DNA of 63,723 nucleotides, the filler included, from Reclinomonas americana ATCC 50394 (lineage: Eukaryota), in NCBI GenBank assembly GCA_048213135.1. It is 15 parts of 15 records of this genome, joined end to end, with 100 filler letters (N's around TTAATTAATTAA, not from the genome) between each part and the next. Parts side by side here need not be neighbours in the genome. Positions count along the whole stretch, not along the records: positions 43,567 to 52,060 come from AFZH01018591.1; positions 52,161 to 54,278 come from AFZH01018592.1; positions 54,379 to 57,371 come from AFZH01018593.1; positions 57,472 to 59,636 come from AFZH01018594.1; positions 59,737 to 62,402 come from AFZH01018595.1; positions 62,503 to 63,723 come from AFZH01018596.1; 9 more parts are not named here. One strand, written 5' to 3'. Shown here one piece after another: positions 51,301 through 62,888 of the stretch. The notes beneath the pieces are model-generated. The model saw nothing but the letters and a program-made list of their open reading frames with translations. It ran no database searches and was not told where the DNA came from. A program made the translations under genes and the position numbers. Every line of letters starts with the position of its first letter. Position 1 is the first letter of the stretch.

Positions 51301-53776
51301 GCGACTCATGTGCAGTCGCCGCCGTGCCATGCAAGCACACCAGGCGGCTGGCGTACCTGGACTGCGTCCGCCTGCTCAGAGTGTCCACTGCTTGTACCAC
51401 GTGGTCAGTCGTTTGTTCATTTGTTTTGTTTTTTTGCGACTCCCACTGCTGACATTTTTATTTTCCCTCAGACCCCACAGAAGCGCGGCGCAATGTCGGC
51501 ATCGGCACAAGCAATGGCGGCCAAGGGGCGGCGGCCTGGCGGCAGTGGCAGTGCGTCGGGCACCACTAGTGGTGCTGCCGGTGCTGGTGGAAACGTGGAT
51601 GTGGTACGACAGCAAGAAAAATTCTATCTCAGTCCACTCTGTGATCTTTGTCTTTACCTCGTAGTGTGTCGCAGAGCGGTCTGCCAGGCACTGAGGGTCG
51701 TTTCGTGGTGAGTGATCACCGCAGTCGCTGTTTTCGCGCCGGGCACGTGCTCACCGTGTTGGCTGTCGGCACGCAGATGCCTTCATGCCCTGCCGGCATG
51801 GCGTGTGTGACGCTGTATGTCGGCTACGAGTATTACATTCCGAGCATGGATGCGTGTGTGATTCTCAGTGCGTCGCAAATGTATTTTGCGGCCTCCAAGG
51901 GCAATGCCCTGCCCTTCAACCAGGTAGGGGGGGAATAGGGAAAAACGCGAGGGGGAAAGGGAAAGGGGGAAAGGGGGAATGGGGAAAGGGGGAATAGGGA
52001 AAGGGGGAATAGGGAAAGGGAGAGGGGAAGAGGGAAAGGGAGAGGGGGAGCGGGAAGGAGNNNNNNNNNNNNNNNNNNNNNNNNNNNNNNNNNNNNNNNN
52101 NNNNTTAATTAATTAANNNNNNNNNNNNNNNNNNNNNNNNNNNNNNNNNNNNNNNNNNNNAGGGAGAGAGAAGATAGCGCAACAGATTGCTTTGCATGAG
52201 TCTCTCTTTCTCTAGTTTCACAGAGACAGAACGGCTGAAGTGAGAGCAGAGGAGGTGAGAGAAGAGAGGAGAAGAGAGAAAAGATGGGCGAGGACGAGAG
52301 AGAGAACACACACGAGGTTGCTCTGAATGTGTCTCCATTTCTCTCGTTTTCGTAGAGACACGGAGAGACGAAGATGAGAGGGAGAACGCGCAACAGGTTG
52401 TCTGCATGTGTCTCTTTGCTCTTGTGTTCATGGAGATAGAACGAGCTGAAGTGGGAGCAGAAGAGAGAGAGGGAGAGAGAAGATATTCGAGGACGAGAGA
52501 GAACGCGCAGCAGGTCTTGCATGTGTCTCTCTTTCTCTTGTATTCATGGAGACAGAACGAGCTGAAGTGAGAGCAGAAGAGAAGAATGAGAGAGAAGATG
52601 GTGAGCAGGAGAGAAGGAGACCGCGCAAGAGGTTTCTCTGCACGTTCTCCCTTTCTCTAATTTCGTAGAGACAGAAGGACCTGAAGTGAGAGACGGGGAG
52701 GAGTGAGAAGGGAAGAGAGAGAAGATGGGCGAGGATGGGAGAGAGAATGCACAACAGGTTGCTCTGCACGTGTCTCTCTTACACCTGCAGTGAGAGAAGA
52801 GAATTACAGAAGAGGAGAGAAAGAGAGAAGATGAGCGAGGACGAGAGAGAAAGAGAGAGCGCAAAAGCATTTTTCTGCACGAGTATCTTCCTCTTGTTTC
52901 ATAGAGACAGAACGAGCTGAAGTGAGAGAAGAAGAGAGAATTTTGAGAGAGAAGAGCGACAGAAGACGGTTGAGAAAGATTGGCAAGAGAGTGAGAGACG
53001 CATGAGCTTTGCGTAACCATCCTTCTCCGCCTCGCCAGGACATTGACTTGCTGGCGTTGGAGATGCCGATGCGAGTGTCGTTGGATGAGCATTGGCGGGC
53101 ATTCCACGCACACCGGGAGCAGGCGACTCTCGAGTCACAGTATGGTGGCCTGCCGCGTCACTCGTCATTGGCGGTACGCATGCACATGGTTTCGTTCCCC
53201 TACATGCACGCGCACGCCCTCATCGACTTCTTCGTGCTTGCACAGCATCTCGAATCCACGCCCGCGATCCTGTCGGCGCTGCTGGTCGCCACTCCCGACG
53301 CCGCCTCTCCCTTTTATGTTGATCCGCGCATCCAAATCAAGTGCCTTCCCAGTTCTCTGGAACGTGTGGCAAATGCACCCATCCCGGCTGTCAGCTACGT
53401 CTACCGCCTGCAACACCCCGTGATGCTTCCGCCGCGCGGCCTCTATCGCATCGCGTTGCCGTGAGTCTCTCGTGCGCACTCGTCCTCTTTCGTCCTCGTG
53501 TATCTTCTCATCGCAATGCAGTACCGACTATGACATGGACGGCCAGACTGTGCGACGGCCAGCCATGCTGTCTCAATATGTGTGCCACCTGCACAAGCAT
53601 GGCGTCGAACATCGATAGATCACACACCCACACACACTCATCAGCGCACGCATTCTCTCTCTCTTTTCCCTGCTCCCCTCTCAGAACAGCAGAGGCGGAA
53701 GATATCCACTGGCGTCGCCACTGGCGCGCCGATCGATGCACACCTTTGTCGAGTGTTGCCGGCGTGCACTGAATAA
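47330..53776 (+). CDS. SMG8: Nonsense-mediated decay factor SMG8-like; spans a gap; 3' end approximate
   Basis: AFLVCHAVV|LVVP, PGICTPSLGIV, YVGYEY, and C-terminal LLVATPD..DPRIQ..PVMLPPRGLYRIALP match the SMG8 motif order as recalled. Confidence 0.72.
47375..47688 (+). repeat. Intron made of degenerate TG/AG-rich repeats (GTGTGCAAGAGT-like)
   Basis: Visible alternating GT/GA units with recurring gtgtgcaa and gtgtgaaa. Confidence 0.8.
47985..48560 (+). repeat. Compound (TTC)n/(TTGTTC)n/(TCC)n pyrimidine tract inside an SMG8 intron
   Basis: Direct reading. The intron runs 47912-48600. Confidence 0.9.
51925..52060 (+). repeat. G/A-rich repeat of (GGGGAA/GGGAAA)n type at an intron start
   Basis: Many G3-G7 runs separated by A tracts after the donor at 51923. 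Confidence 0.8.
52161..52960. repeat. Degenerate minisatellite, unit about 115-120 bp, 6-7 copies, intronic
   Basis: Core GAGACAGAACGAGCTGAAGTGAGAG recurs near 52223, 52433, 52549, 52668 and 52903, together with a GCAACAGGTT..TGCATGTGTCTCT block. Confidence 0.8.
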
Positions 53777-53819
53777 AATGAGAATCAGCGGCCCCTGCTA
53801 TTATAGTGACAACTACTAC

Positions 53820-54230
53820 TCATACACTAGTCGGGGTCTGTGTGACAAAAAACGTGTTTTCGCTGGCCGCGGTGGCCGGCATGGATCCCACATCTGGCGT
53901 CGTGACACGCAGAGAGAAACGCGGCAACGACTGCAGCGAGGCGGCAGCACGAATGCTCGACGATGCCTGCAAACCGGCCGGACGCACCGGCGACACACTC
54001 CGGAAGGGTGTCGTTCGACCCTTCTCCGTCATCAGCTTTGCACCGGCCGCGGTGCCGGACTTGGCCAGCTTCTGGAACATGGAGCGCAGCACACGTTCTC
54101 GCTCCTCCCACGTCATTGAGCCGACATCAATGTCGGTCGGGTCGGGCGTCATGTCGGCGCGCGTCATGAATAGCGTGTCGTCGTCCACGGCATTGTGGCG
54201 GCTCAGGTCGCGGATCTTCGGCAGCTGCGG
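53820..54230 (-). CDS. BBOF1: C-terminal exon of a basal body orientation factor 1 (CCDC176)-like protein
   Basis: DIDVGSMTWEERERVLRSMFQKL resembles the recalled BBOF1 motif VDIGDLTWEQKEKVLRLLFAKM. Confidence 0.55.
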   Translation of the reverse strand, partial: PQLPKIRDLSRHNAVDDDTLFMTRADMTPDPTDIDVGSMTWEERERVLRSMFQKLAKSGTAAGAKLMTEKGRTTPFRSVSPVRPAGLQASSSIRAAASLQSLPRFSLRVTTPDVGSMPATAASENTFFVTQTPTSV

Positions 54231-54378
54231 GGGAGAAAGAGGGGAATGAGGAGAAGGAGGGGAGGGAGGAGGAGAGAGNNNNNNNNNNNNNNNNNNNNNN
54301 NNNNNNNNNNNNNNNNNNNNNNTTAATTAATTAANNNNNNNNNNNNNNNNNNNNNNNNNNNNNNNNNNNNNNNNNNNN

Positions 54379-54671
54379 GAAGAACACTCTTGCTGGGGAG
54401 CGCCCTGGTGTCCTCTCTCTTCACAAGCACGCAACACATCCGAGACGAGGCTGAACTGCTGCCCAAGGAACGTGGACGACGGCGTGCCCGGAGCTGCGCG
54501 CTTGCTCTGCTTGGCAGAGGGCGTGGAGAGATCATCACCAACTGCTTGCTGATCGCCTTCACCATCGTCGCCAGTGCTGATAATCATCGTTCCGTCAGAG
54601 TCGCTGCTGCCTCGACGCGTGGCAGTGACCAAGGCGCCTGCACGCTGCGCGATGGCCGCGCTGCTCTTCAT
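54379..54671 (-). CDS. First exon of a hypothetical gene (MKSSAAIAQRAG...), 3'-partial
   Basis: ATG downstream of AT-rich sequence and open to the gap. Only this repeat copy continues into unique sequence. Confidence 0.45.
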
Positions 54672-55577
54672 AATGTGAATGAAATATATAACAGATGATG
54701 ACTCATGCATTTGGCTTACATAAATGGCTGTACATTACGTGCTTTTTTTTGCTTGTTTGTTTGCGGAGCCGCAGCATGCGCAACAACAACTTTACACTAA
54801 TTCAAGCAGCAACACAGCTGCATGCACGATCACCAGAAACTCAGACATCACGGAAAAAAGCGAGAAATCATGATCATCACCAACTGCTTGCTGCTGCTGA
54901 TCGCCTTCACCATCGTCGCCGGTGCTGATAATCATCGTTCCGTCAGAGTCAGTGCTGCCTCGACGCACGGCAGTGACCAAGGCGCCTGCACGCTGCGCGA
55001 TGGCCGCGCTGCTCTTCATAATGTGAATGAAATAACAGATTGATGATGACTCATGGGAGTCGGCCTACAAAAGTGGACTTTACATTGCGTGCTTTTTTTT
55101 TGCTTGTTTGTTTGTTTGCGGAGCCGCAGCATGCGCAACAACAACTTTACACTAATCCAAGCAGCAACACAGCTGCATGCATGATCACCAGAAACTCAGA
55201 CATCACGGAAAAAAGCGAGAAATCATGATCATCACCAACTGCGCATGCTTGCTGATCGCCTTCACCACCACCGTCGTCGCCAGTGCTGATAATCATCGTT
55301 CCGTCAGAGTCGGTGCTGCCTCGACGCGTGGCAGTGACCAAGGCGCCTGCACGCTGCGCGATAGCCGCGCTGCTCTTCATATTGTGAATAAAATAACAGA
55401 CTGATGATGACTCATGCAATTGGCTTACATAAATGGCTGTACATTGCGTGCTTTTTTTTGCTTGTTTGTTTGCGAAGCCACAGCATGCGCAGCAACAACT
55501 TTACACTAATCCAAGCAGCAACACAGCTGCATGCACGATCACCAGGAACTCGGACATCACGGAAAAAATGCGAGAAA
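54531..55577. repeat. Tandem triplication, units of about 342-355 bp
   Basis: Units start at ATCATCACCAACTGC at 54531, 54873 and 55228, with high identity and small indels. Confidence 0.93.
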
Positions 55578-55895
55578 AAAGAGATGGCTACATGCTGGCG
55601 TTTCTGCAAGAGAAACCACGGCTCGTGACAAGCATGGGAATGCCACCGTCTTTTTGTGTGGGTGTTTGCAAGGCTTTCGCGGCAAGCTCTTTGATGCGAG
55701 AGTTCGAAGGAGATATCGAAGACTACATGCCTTTTTTGTGGAATTAATATTTTCCAACGACGGCGACTTTCATTCTCACAAGCAGAGAGAGAGAGAGAGA
55801 TAGATAGATAGAAAGAGAGATGGGTGGAGGTGTAAGCAGAGCTGCTGCAACACCGAAGGCACGTCGTGCAGGCCATGAGGAAAGAAAGAGAAAAA

Positions 55896-57276
55896 TCAGG
55901 TGAGAGAGGCAGCAGTGCAGGTGTTGTAAAAGCAATCCCCACCACAGCATTCTGTGGACGAGCCGCAGCTGCCACCCTCGGCCGTACACGCCGCTTCACA
56001 CGTGAAACTGTTGTTGCAAACGGATGAGCAGCAGTCAACATTGCCCGTGCACGTCACCCCGTCAGCTCCGCAACCCAAACTACATAGCTGGCCAGTGCAG
56101 TAGCCACTGCAGCATTGGTCACTGGACGTGCAGCTGTCGTTGATGTCTCCGAGAGTGCACTGCATTGGCGTTGTGCAAATTCCGGCAACACACGCACCGC
56201 AACATTCCGAGTCGCCATTGCAACTTCCGCCGTCAGCGCCGCAGGTGGCACTGCACGCAAACCCGACGCAAAAAAGACTGCAGCACTCAGTCGGGGACGA
56301 GCATGGATCGCCAATGGCACCCAGAGTGCATGGTGGCGCACACTGGCTGTTGCCGTCGCAATAGCCCGAACAGCATTCAGTCGGCGACGAGCACGAATCG
56401 CCAATATTTCCAAGAGTGCACGCTGGCGCGCAGAACCCGCTGCCGTCACAGTTCCCGGAGCAGCAACCCGCCGGATCGTTACATGGATCACCGTCTGCGC
56501 TGCACTGCGGCGCACAGAAGCCGTTACCGTCGCAATTGTTCGTACAGCAGTCAGCACTCGCGTTGCAAGCGCTACCGTTCTGCACGCACGGCCCATCGTG
56601 ACAGGCGGAATTAATGCAAAACCCTGAACAGCATTGACTGCCACTCCTGCAGGGGTCACCCAGGGGACGGAGATTGCACGCTGCCGCGCACGTACCAGTA
56701 TTGCCGTCACAATTTCCACTGCAGCAGTCACCCCCACTCGAGCAAGTGGTGCCATCAGTCGAACACCCGCACTGCGCCCTGCCGTACGATTCCGAGCACT
56801 CACGACCCTCGGCACACTCGGCAACAATCTGAGTGGTGCCGTAGGCGCAGCTGAGCACCGCGCGTCGGTTCAGCGAGCACGTCGTGGTGCCGTCGGGCAG
56901 CGTGCACACGCCGCAATTGGAGCCACTGTAGCCGGCAGGGCACGTGATCGGCGCGCCTTGCGCCGCACGACCAATCGCCGCCCACGTCACGTACACAATG
57001 TCTGACGCGTCCGCGCCGCTGGCGTTGAACGAAATTGCCGTCACATAGTCCTCGTTTCCGACGCGCTTGGTGGTGAATTGCAGCGACTGCTGGTCGACGC
57101 GGTTCTGCACAATGGCCGCCGACGATTTCCAGCCACGCAGGAACAGCTGCACACTGATGGTGGCACGCAGCAGGCCATTGGGGGTCGACGGCGTCACCAG
57201 ACTGGCGGTCTGCGTTGATGCGCTGCTGGTGTGCGTCGTTTCTGGACAAATATTTCAGACAAAATTTCTCAAATGT

Positions 57277-57327
<51 letters not shown>

Positions 57328-59440
57328 GAGGAGGAGCGCGTACGAGACGACGACGACGACGACGACGGAGGNNNNNNNNNNNNNNNNNNNNNNNNNNNNN
57401 NNNNNNNNNNNNNNNTTAATTAATTAANNNNNNNNNNNNNNNNNNNNNNNNNNNNNNNNNNNNNNNNNNNNACGACGTACCACGACGTAGTACGACGACG
57501 ACGACGACGTACGGCGGTACGGTACGGTACGGTACCGGTACGGTACGGTACCGGACGACGAGTGCGGGGGCGAGAGAGAGAGAGAGGCGGGAGAGCTGCG
57601 CGGTCGTCTGGAGCGTAAAAATAAGCATCTCCGCCGACGCTGCGGGCACACACTCAGACTGAGACAGTGTGGCGCATGGCGTTTGTGGAAAAGTATGTCA
57701 ACGTACCACCACCACCACCCTGAAAGATAAAGTGCGTGAAAATGACAAAGCCCCACATCTTCGCCAAGGTGACGAAAGACACACACACACGCACAAACAT
57801 GCAGCGAGAGAGAGGCGTGGTGAGTGCTCATCGATCGTGACTGAGAAAGACTGCGAGGATCAATCGAGAATCGATTGTGCTTCTTATCTTATCTCACTCG
57901 CGCTGCAATACTCTCTCACACATACACCTGAGAGGAGAGAGGAAGAGAGAAAGATATGACGGCAGCGACGGACAAAAGAACCTGTCCGCCGTCTGTGTGC
58001 AAAGCACGCACCACCCGATAGCATGACAAATCCGCTATTGTTGGTGCTGTCGGGACGAGTCGGTGCCACAGCAAAGCGCGCCGACACCGCCTCGATGCGC
58101 GAGTCGCCGTTCACCGTGCCCTTGAGGACAAAGCTGGAGCGCGAGGCCGAGCTGCTCGACAGCGAAAAGTTGTCACCACGAATGCGCCCATCGTTGCCGG
58201 CAGCCGACTGGCGGATCGACAGAACACCCATCACGGCCACGGGGATCGACGGCACCGACGCAAACTGGTACAGGGACGACACGCTCACCAACTGCGCATT
58301 GCCGGGCAAGTCAACATTCGGTGACGTGGCGCACACACGTGATAAACAGAGACGCAACAGTCGAGCTGCCCTTGTTCACCGCATCCGTCAACCACGCCTT
58401 GCTCGTCAGCGTGCGCTGACCGTCCATCGACAGCGCATTGGTCTGGTGCACGTAGTACGCCAGGTAGCCTATCACAGAGACGGGTGGGTCACACTTCTCC
58501 TCTCTCTCTCTTCACGCTTCAGTGAACGCAACTCAGTGTGATGGTGGGTCCCGGCTGACCGTTAGTCGATACGCCGTAGCAGCGAGATGACAGCCTCGCC
58601 ACAGTCACCACCGGCTCCGCACAGAATGCAAAGGTGCCATCAGTCGGCTCGTTCGCCTGGGTGGAAATGCGTTCGTTGTCCTGGCTGCCGACACTGGTGA
58701 AGCCGAGCAACACGCGCGGGCGGCGGAAGAACTCGCGCGCAAATGTGAACTGGATGGCGGTCGTTGTCACTGCCAGTGTCGACATGCTTGGCTTGGCGGC
58801 CAGAGGCGTCGACGAGGGCAAGGGGCCGCTCGGACTGAGGCCACCGGCAGTCATAAAGCCGGAGGTGAACGACTCCTCCGCCGGCACGTACAGTCCATTG
58901 TTGGCCGCCACGCACAGCTTAAAGGCACCACCGCCGGTCGAGCCGTTCGGGGTGATGGTGGCGCGGTACAGGCGGCAGCCAGTGATGAACTGGCACGCAT
59001 CGGCACCGGCGCTCGCGAACGATGCGCCGACACTGCCCGTCAGTGTCGAGTAGTCCGACAGAGTGGCGCAGTCGACGCCGGCCGGCACCAGCTTGAAGCT
59101 CGTGCAGTCGGTGAGGTTCTCGGCAGAGGAACCAATCACAATCGAGTTGGCGCTGCCGTACTTGAGCACGGGCGGAGCGGCAAAGGAGATGATTGGAGTC
59201 GACGAGGCGGCGGTAACGATGAGTGGGACTGTCTGCAGGCGGTACACGGTGCTGCCGCCGGCCTGGAACCTGCAGGAGGGGAAGGGTGAGCGAGGGGAGG
59301 AGGGAGGGAGAGAGAAAGAGAGTCAAGCACAGCGAAGTGCGAGGATATGAGGAGGAAGAAAACCACGTGGACATAGAAGATAAGCTGAAGAGAGGATGCA
59401 AGAGTGCTCAAGGGCACAGTCATTACCCCCCTCCCTCCCG

Positions 59441-59518
<78 letters not shown>

Positions 59519-61046
59519 GACGACGAGAGTAGAGGACGGACGGACGACGCGACCGAAGTACGTACGACGACCGACCAACCAACCAACCTAACCGTAACGT
59601 AACGTTAACTTTTACCTTTTCCCTTCCGTTCCCGTTNNNNNNNNNNNNNNNNNNNNNNNNNNNNNNNNNNNNNNNNNNNNTTAATTAATTAANNNNNNNN
59701 NNNNNNNNNNNNNNNNNNNNNNNNNNNNNNNNNNNNAGAGAGAGAGAGAGAGAGACCGACAAGATGTAGAGACGGCGGAGCCCAAGATGACTGCACACCA
59801 CACCACAGATTATCTTCCTCTTGCTCCCCACACGTCGACGCAACTTGCCACACAGATAGTACACGCCCGGTGTCGCCAGCGTGCACGAGCCAGTGGCCGT
59901 CGCACCCAGAGCACCCTGCGCGAACAACGCGCCAGTGGCCACCGAGAACACAGCCTGCTGACCCGAAGCATCGCTGGTCGACAGTGTGGCACTCGAGTTG
60001 GCAGCCGGCGATCCGCTGCAGTCAGCGGCCGCGTACAGGCCAAACGAGCCACCAGCGCCCAGTTGACGATTGGCAAAGTGATTACCAGTCACCGTGAGGC
60101 GATAGTCGGCGAGACCATTCACCAGCTGCGGCGTCCTGTTTGCCGTGCTGATGGCGTCTGCGAGTGTCGGAAAGGAAGAGAGAGTCAGCGACAGAGTGAC
60201 GATGATGACGACTGCGCGCATGTGTTGACTGAGACGCAACAGACAAACACCGTGGCGACAAACTCGTTGCGAGCGGCCGTCCCCGCACCGTCCACGTCGA
60301 TGCACAGGTAGCGCTCACCACCATTGCCATCAGCCGACGCATTAAACGTGAGCGAGGCAGCAGAGTTGGAGTTGACTACAGTGGTCGGCGACACGCCCGT
60401 GCACGAGCGGTCGAGGAAGAGAGTGGCGGTGGAGGCAGTCGACCAGGCAATGGCCGAGCCACTGACATTGATGTCGACAATCTGGCCAGCGGTGCCGGCC
60501 TTGATGGCGATGTTGGAGGGCGAGATGACTGAAAGAACAGAAATGGGCGCAAAAAATGAGTTTCAACGGTCGGCTTTCGCGCGCAAGATCTCGGAGATAG
60601 AATCACGGAAGGAATGTTGCAACAGCGTGTGTGAACAGTCGCAGAGAAAGGCACATAATGAGGAAAGAGAGTGGAATAGGGAGAGTCGGCGGAAAACCAG
60701 AGCGCAGCACGCGAACAGATAGCAAAATATTCACGAAAAGGAGACATGTCGACAACATACACAATAGACGCCTTTACGAAGGCAGTACAGTGAATGGCAC
60801 ATGTACAAGATGAGAAGAAGCTCATACTGCCAATGCAGGGTTGATATCATCACGCCAGACCAAGAAGGCGGAGCGCGCGCGAAAAGGCATGATGCATTGG
60901 AATGTGCGGTGTGGTGTTTTGGTACTGATTCGTGCGTTCGTGTGGACTCACCTGCGGCGGCTGCAGCGCTGCACAGCACAGTCAGCGACAGCAGTGCGAC
61001 GAGGCACAGCAGCGCGGTGGGGCGCAAGAGGGTGGGTCCAGCCATG
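55896..61046 (-). CDS. Large secreted protein spanning two gaps: signal peptide, beta-rich repeats, H-type-lectin-like domain(s), and 10 C-C-CC-C-C repeats
   Basis: MAGPTLLRPTALLCLVALLSLTVLCSAAAA; repeated Y/F-x-LC modules; IQFTFAREFFRRPRVLLGF..YLAY; YVTWAAIG; terminal exon with ten Cx6-8Cx5CCx2-3Cx4-6C units. Joining across the gaps is inferred. Confidence 0.65.
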
Positions 61047-62059
61047 CTCTCTTTCTCTGCGCGCGCGAACAGACACACGCACAAAAACAAAGAGATGAGG
61101 CGTTTGCGTGTGACGAGTCAACCGGCGATGTTGTGCAAGAGAGTGAGAGAGAGCGAGCAATGTGAGGTAACCATGAGGGCGAAGAAGGACGAGCGAGGCA
61201 GTCGCGCGCGCAGCAGAAAGAGAGTGAGAGAGAGTGAGAGTGGCGGACAACAGGAGAAAACAAGAGAGTCGTGTGCAAGACACAACAGGGGACGAAGGTG
61301 GAGGAGCGAGGGTGAAGAGATGCAAAGACAGCGACGGAATGAGAGACACGACGACTGCTCACCGCAGCGAGAGAAAGTCTGAATAGGGCAATAGAACGAA
61401 AGTGACGGAGTTTGTTTGTGGATTCAACGGTTGCATTTGGCGCGCATTTGATCTCAGAGGCCCCCGGCCACCACTCCCGCGTGTGCAACGCACTGGCATC
61501 AGTCGAGCCTGCGGTGCCGGAAGGAATGTGGTTTCGATAACCACGGCAATACGGCACAGCACGCGTACGAGCGAGTGCACTGTATCATGATCAGCGTAGC
61601 GCTGGATGTAACTGCAGCTGTGTTCGACACGTTGACGTCGACGACTCGTCGGACTCGCAGCCAAGTCGACCGCCTCGGACCACCACCTCTTGTTCAGCAC
61701 ACGCAGTACACTCGCACGCAGCTTGTTCGAATTCTCGCGACGTTAACGTTGACGTCGACGTCGATCGCGCAGCAGCTGCAGCATCGTACGCCGAGTCGCG
61801 ACCGCATGCACATTCACCCATACAAGCATGATCACGCGTGAAGATCGTACGTGCGCACGTTCACCATGCTCCACCAGCACGCGAGCCACATATGCATGTA
61901 CATTCTCGATCGTGTACGCATGTACACCGTGTCAATCTTCTCTTCTCCACGAACCCACCACACAATGCAACCCCTCAAGGCCTCTCCTCCTTCGCCACTG
62001 CACACGTCGCATAATGTCACATGTCCCACTTGTCACTTATCATCTATCTTGTTGCGCCC

Positions 62060-62888
62060 ATGAGCGGTCGTCGCAACACCTCCGCCGTGTCATTGGCCAA
62101 ACAACGCACCGGAAAGAAGGTGCGCGCAGGGGGAGGCACGCCCTCCACAGCGCCCACCAGCAGCAACAGCATGCCACTCGCACGCCCTCCTGTTGTCATG
62201 CCACCGGGAGGCACTGCGCGACCACTGCCTCCACCTCCTCCGCCTCCTCCTGTTGCTTCTGCTCTTCCTCCTCCTCCGCCTCCTCCCTCTCTGGGAGAGA
62301 TGATGGCGGTGGAGAAGAAGAAGCTGTTGCAGGCGCATACGCCACAGCAGCAGCAACAGCAGCAACAGCAGCAGCAACAGCAACAGCAGCAAGTGCCGAT
62401 GCNNNNNNNNNNNNNNNNNNNNNNNNNNNNNNNNNNNNNNNNNNNNTTAATTAATTAANNNNNNNNNNNNNNNNNNNNNNNNNNNNNNNNNNNNNNNNNN
62501 NNCTCTCCCTCCCTCGCTCGCCCCCTTTCTCTCATGCCCTCCCCCTTCGCTCTTTCCCCCTTCCGCCTCTATTCCTTCCCTCTCCCATTCCCTCTCCCTC
62601 CATCTCTCGCCCCCTTTCTCTCGTCTCTTTCACTCTTCACTCACCTTCCCTTTCCCTCTCCTTCCTCCTCCCTCTCCACCCTCCCCTCCCCTCCCTCCCC
62701 TCTCCCTTCCTCAGAGTGGCGGCGGCCTGCGCGTCAAACTGGAAACCGCCAGCTGCATCGACCAGGCGTGGCTGAACGCCAATCAGCCGCTGACCGCGCG
62801 CAACGTGCTGCACTACTTTGCCGTGACGCCCTTCTACGATCGCATTTGCAACAATGAGTTGTACAATCAGGATACCTCGCGGCTGCGG
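62060..62888 (+). CDS. MED6: Mediator subunit 6 with a Pro/Gln-rich N-terminal extension; spans a gap; 3'-partial
   Basis: Exon at about 62715-62888 encodes DQAWLNANQPLTARNVLHYFAVTPFYDRICNNE and is followed by a GTGAGT donor. Confidence 0.85.

Noticed and set aside
52161..52960. CRISPR-like repeat-spacer array
   Set aside because: Repeats are degenerate, the spacers are related to each other, the context is a eukaryotic intron, and there are no cas genes.
57472..57560. TACG/GGTAC-like repeats at contig edges (also 59540-59636)
   Set aside because: The pattern follows the T-A-C-G flow cycle typical of low-quality pyrosequencing read ends next to microsatellites, so it is probably an artefact.
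58345..58358. GTTGCGT on the minus strand as another shifted donor
   Set aside because: It lies within a continuous coding frame (RLLRLCLSR), which shows that the motif alone is not sufficient evidence of a donor.
701..62888. Alternative genetic code or selenocysteine
   Set aside because: TAA, TAG and TGA all end genes, and in-frame stops in conserved genes fall inside introns.
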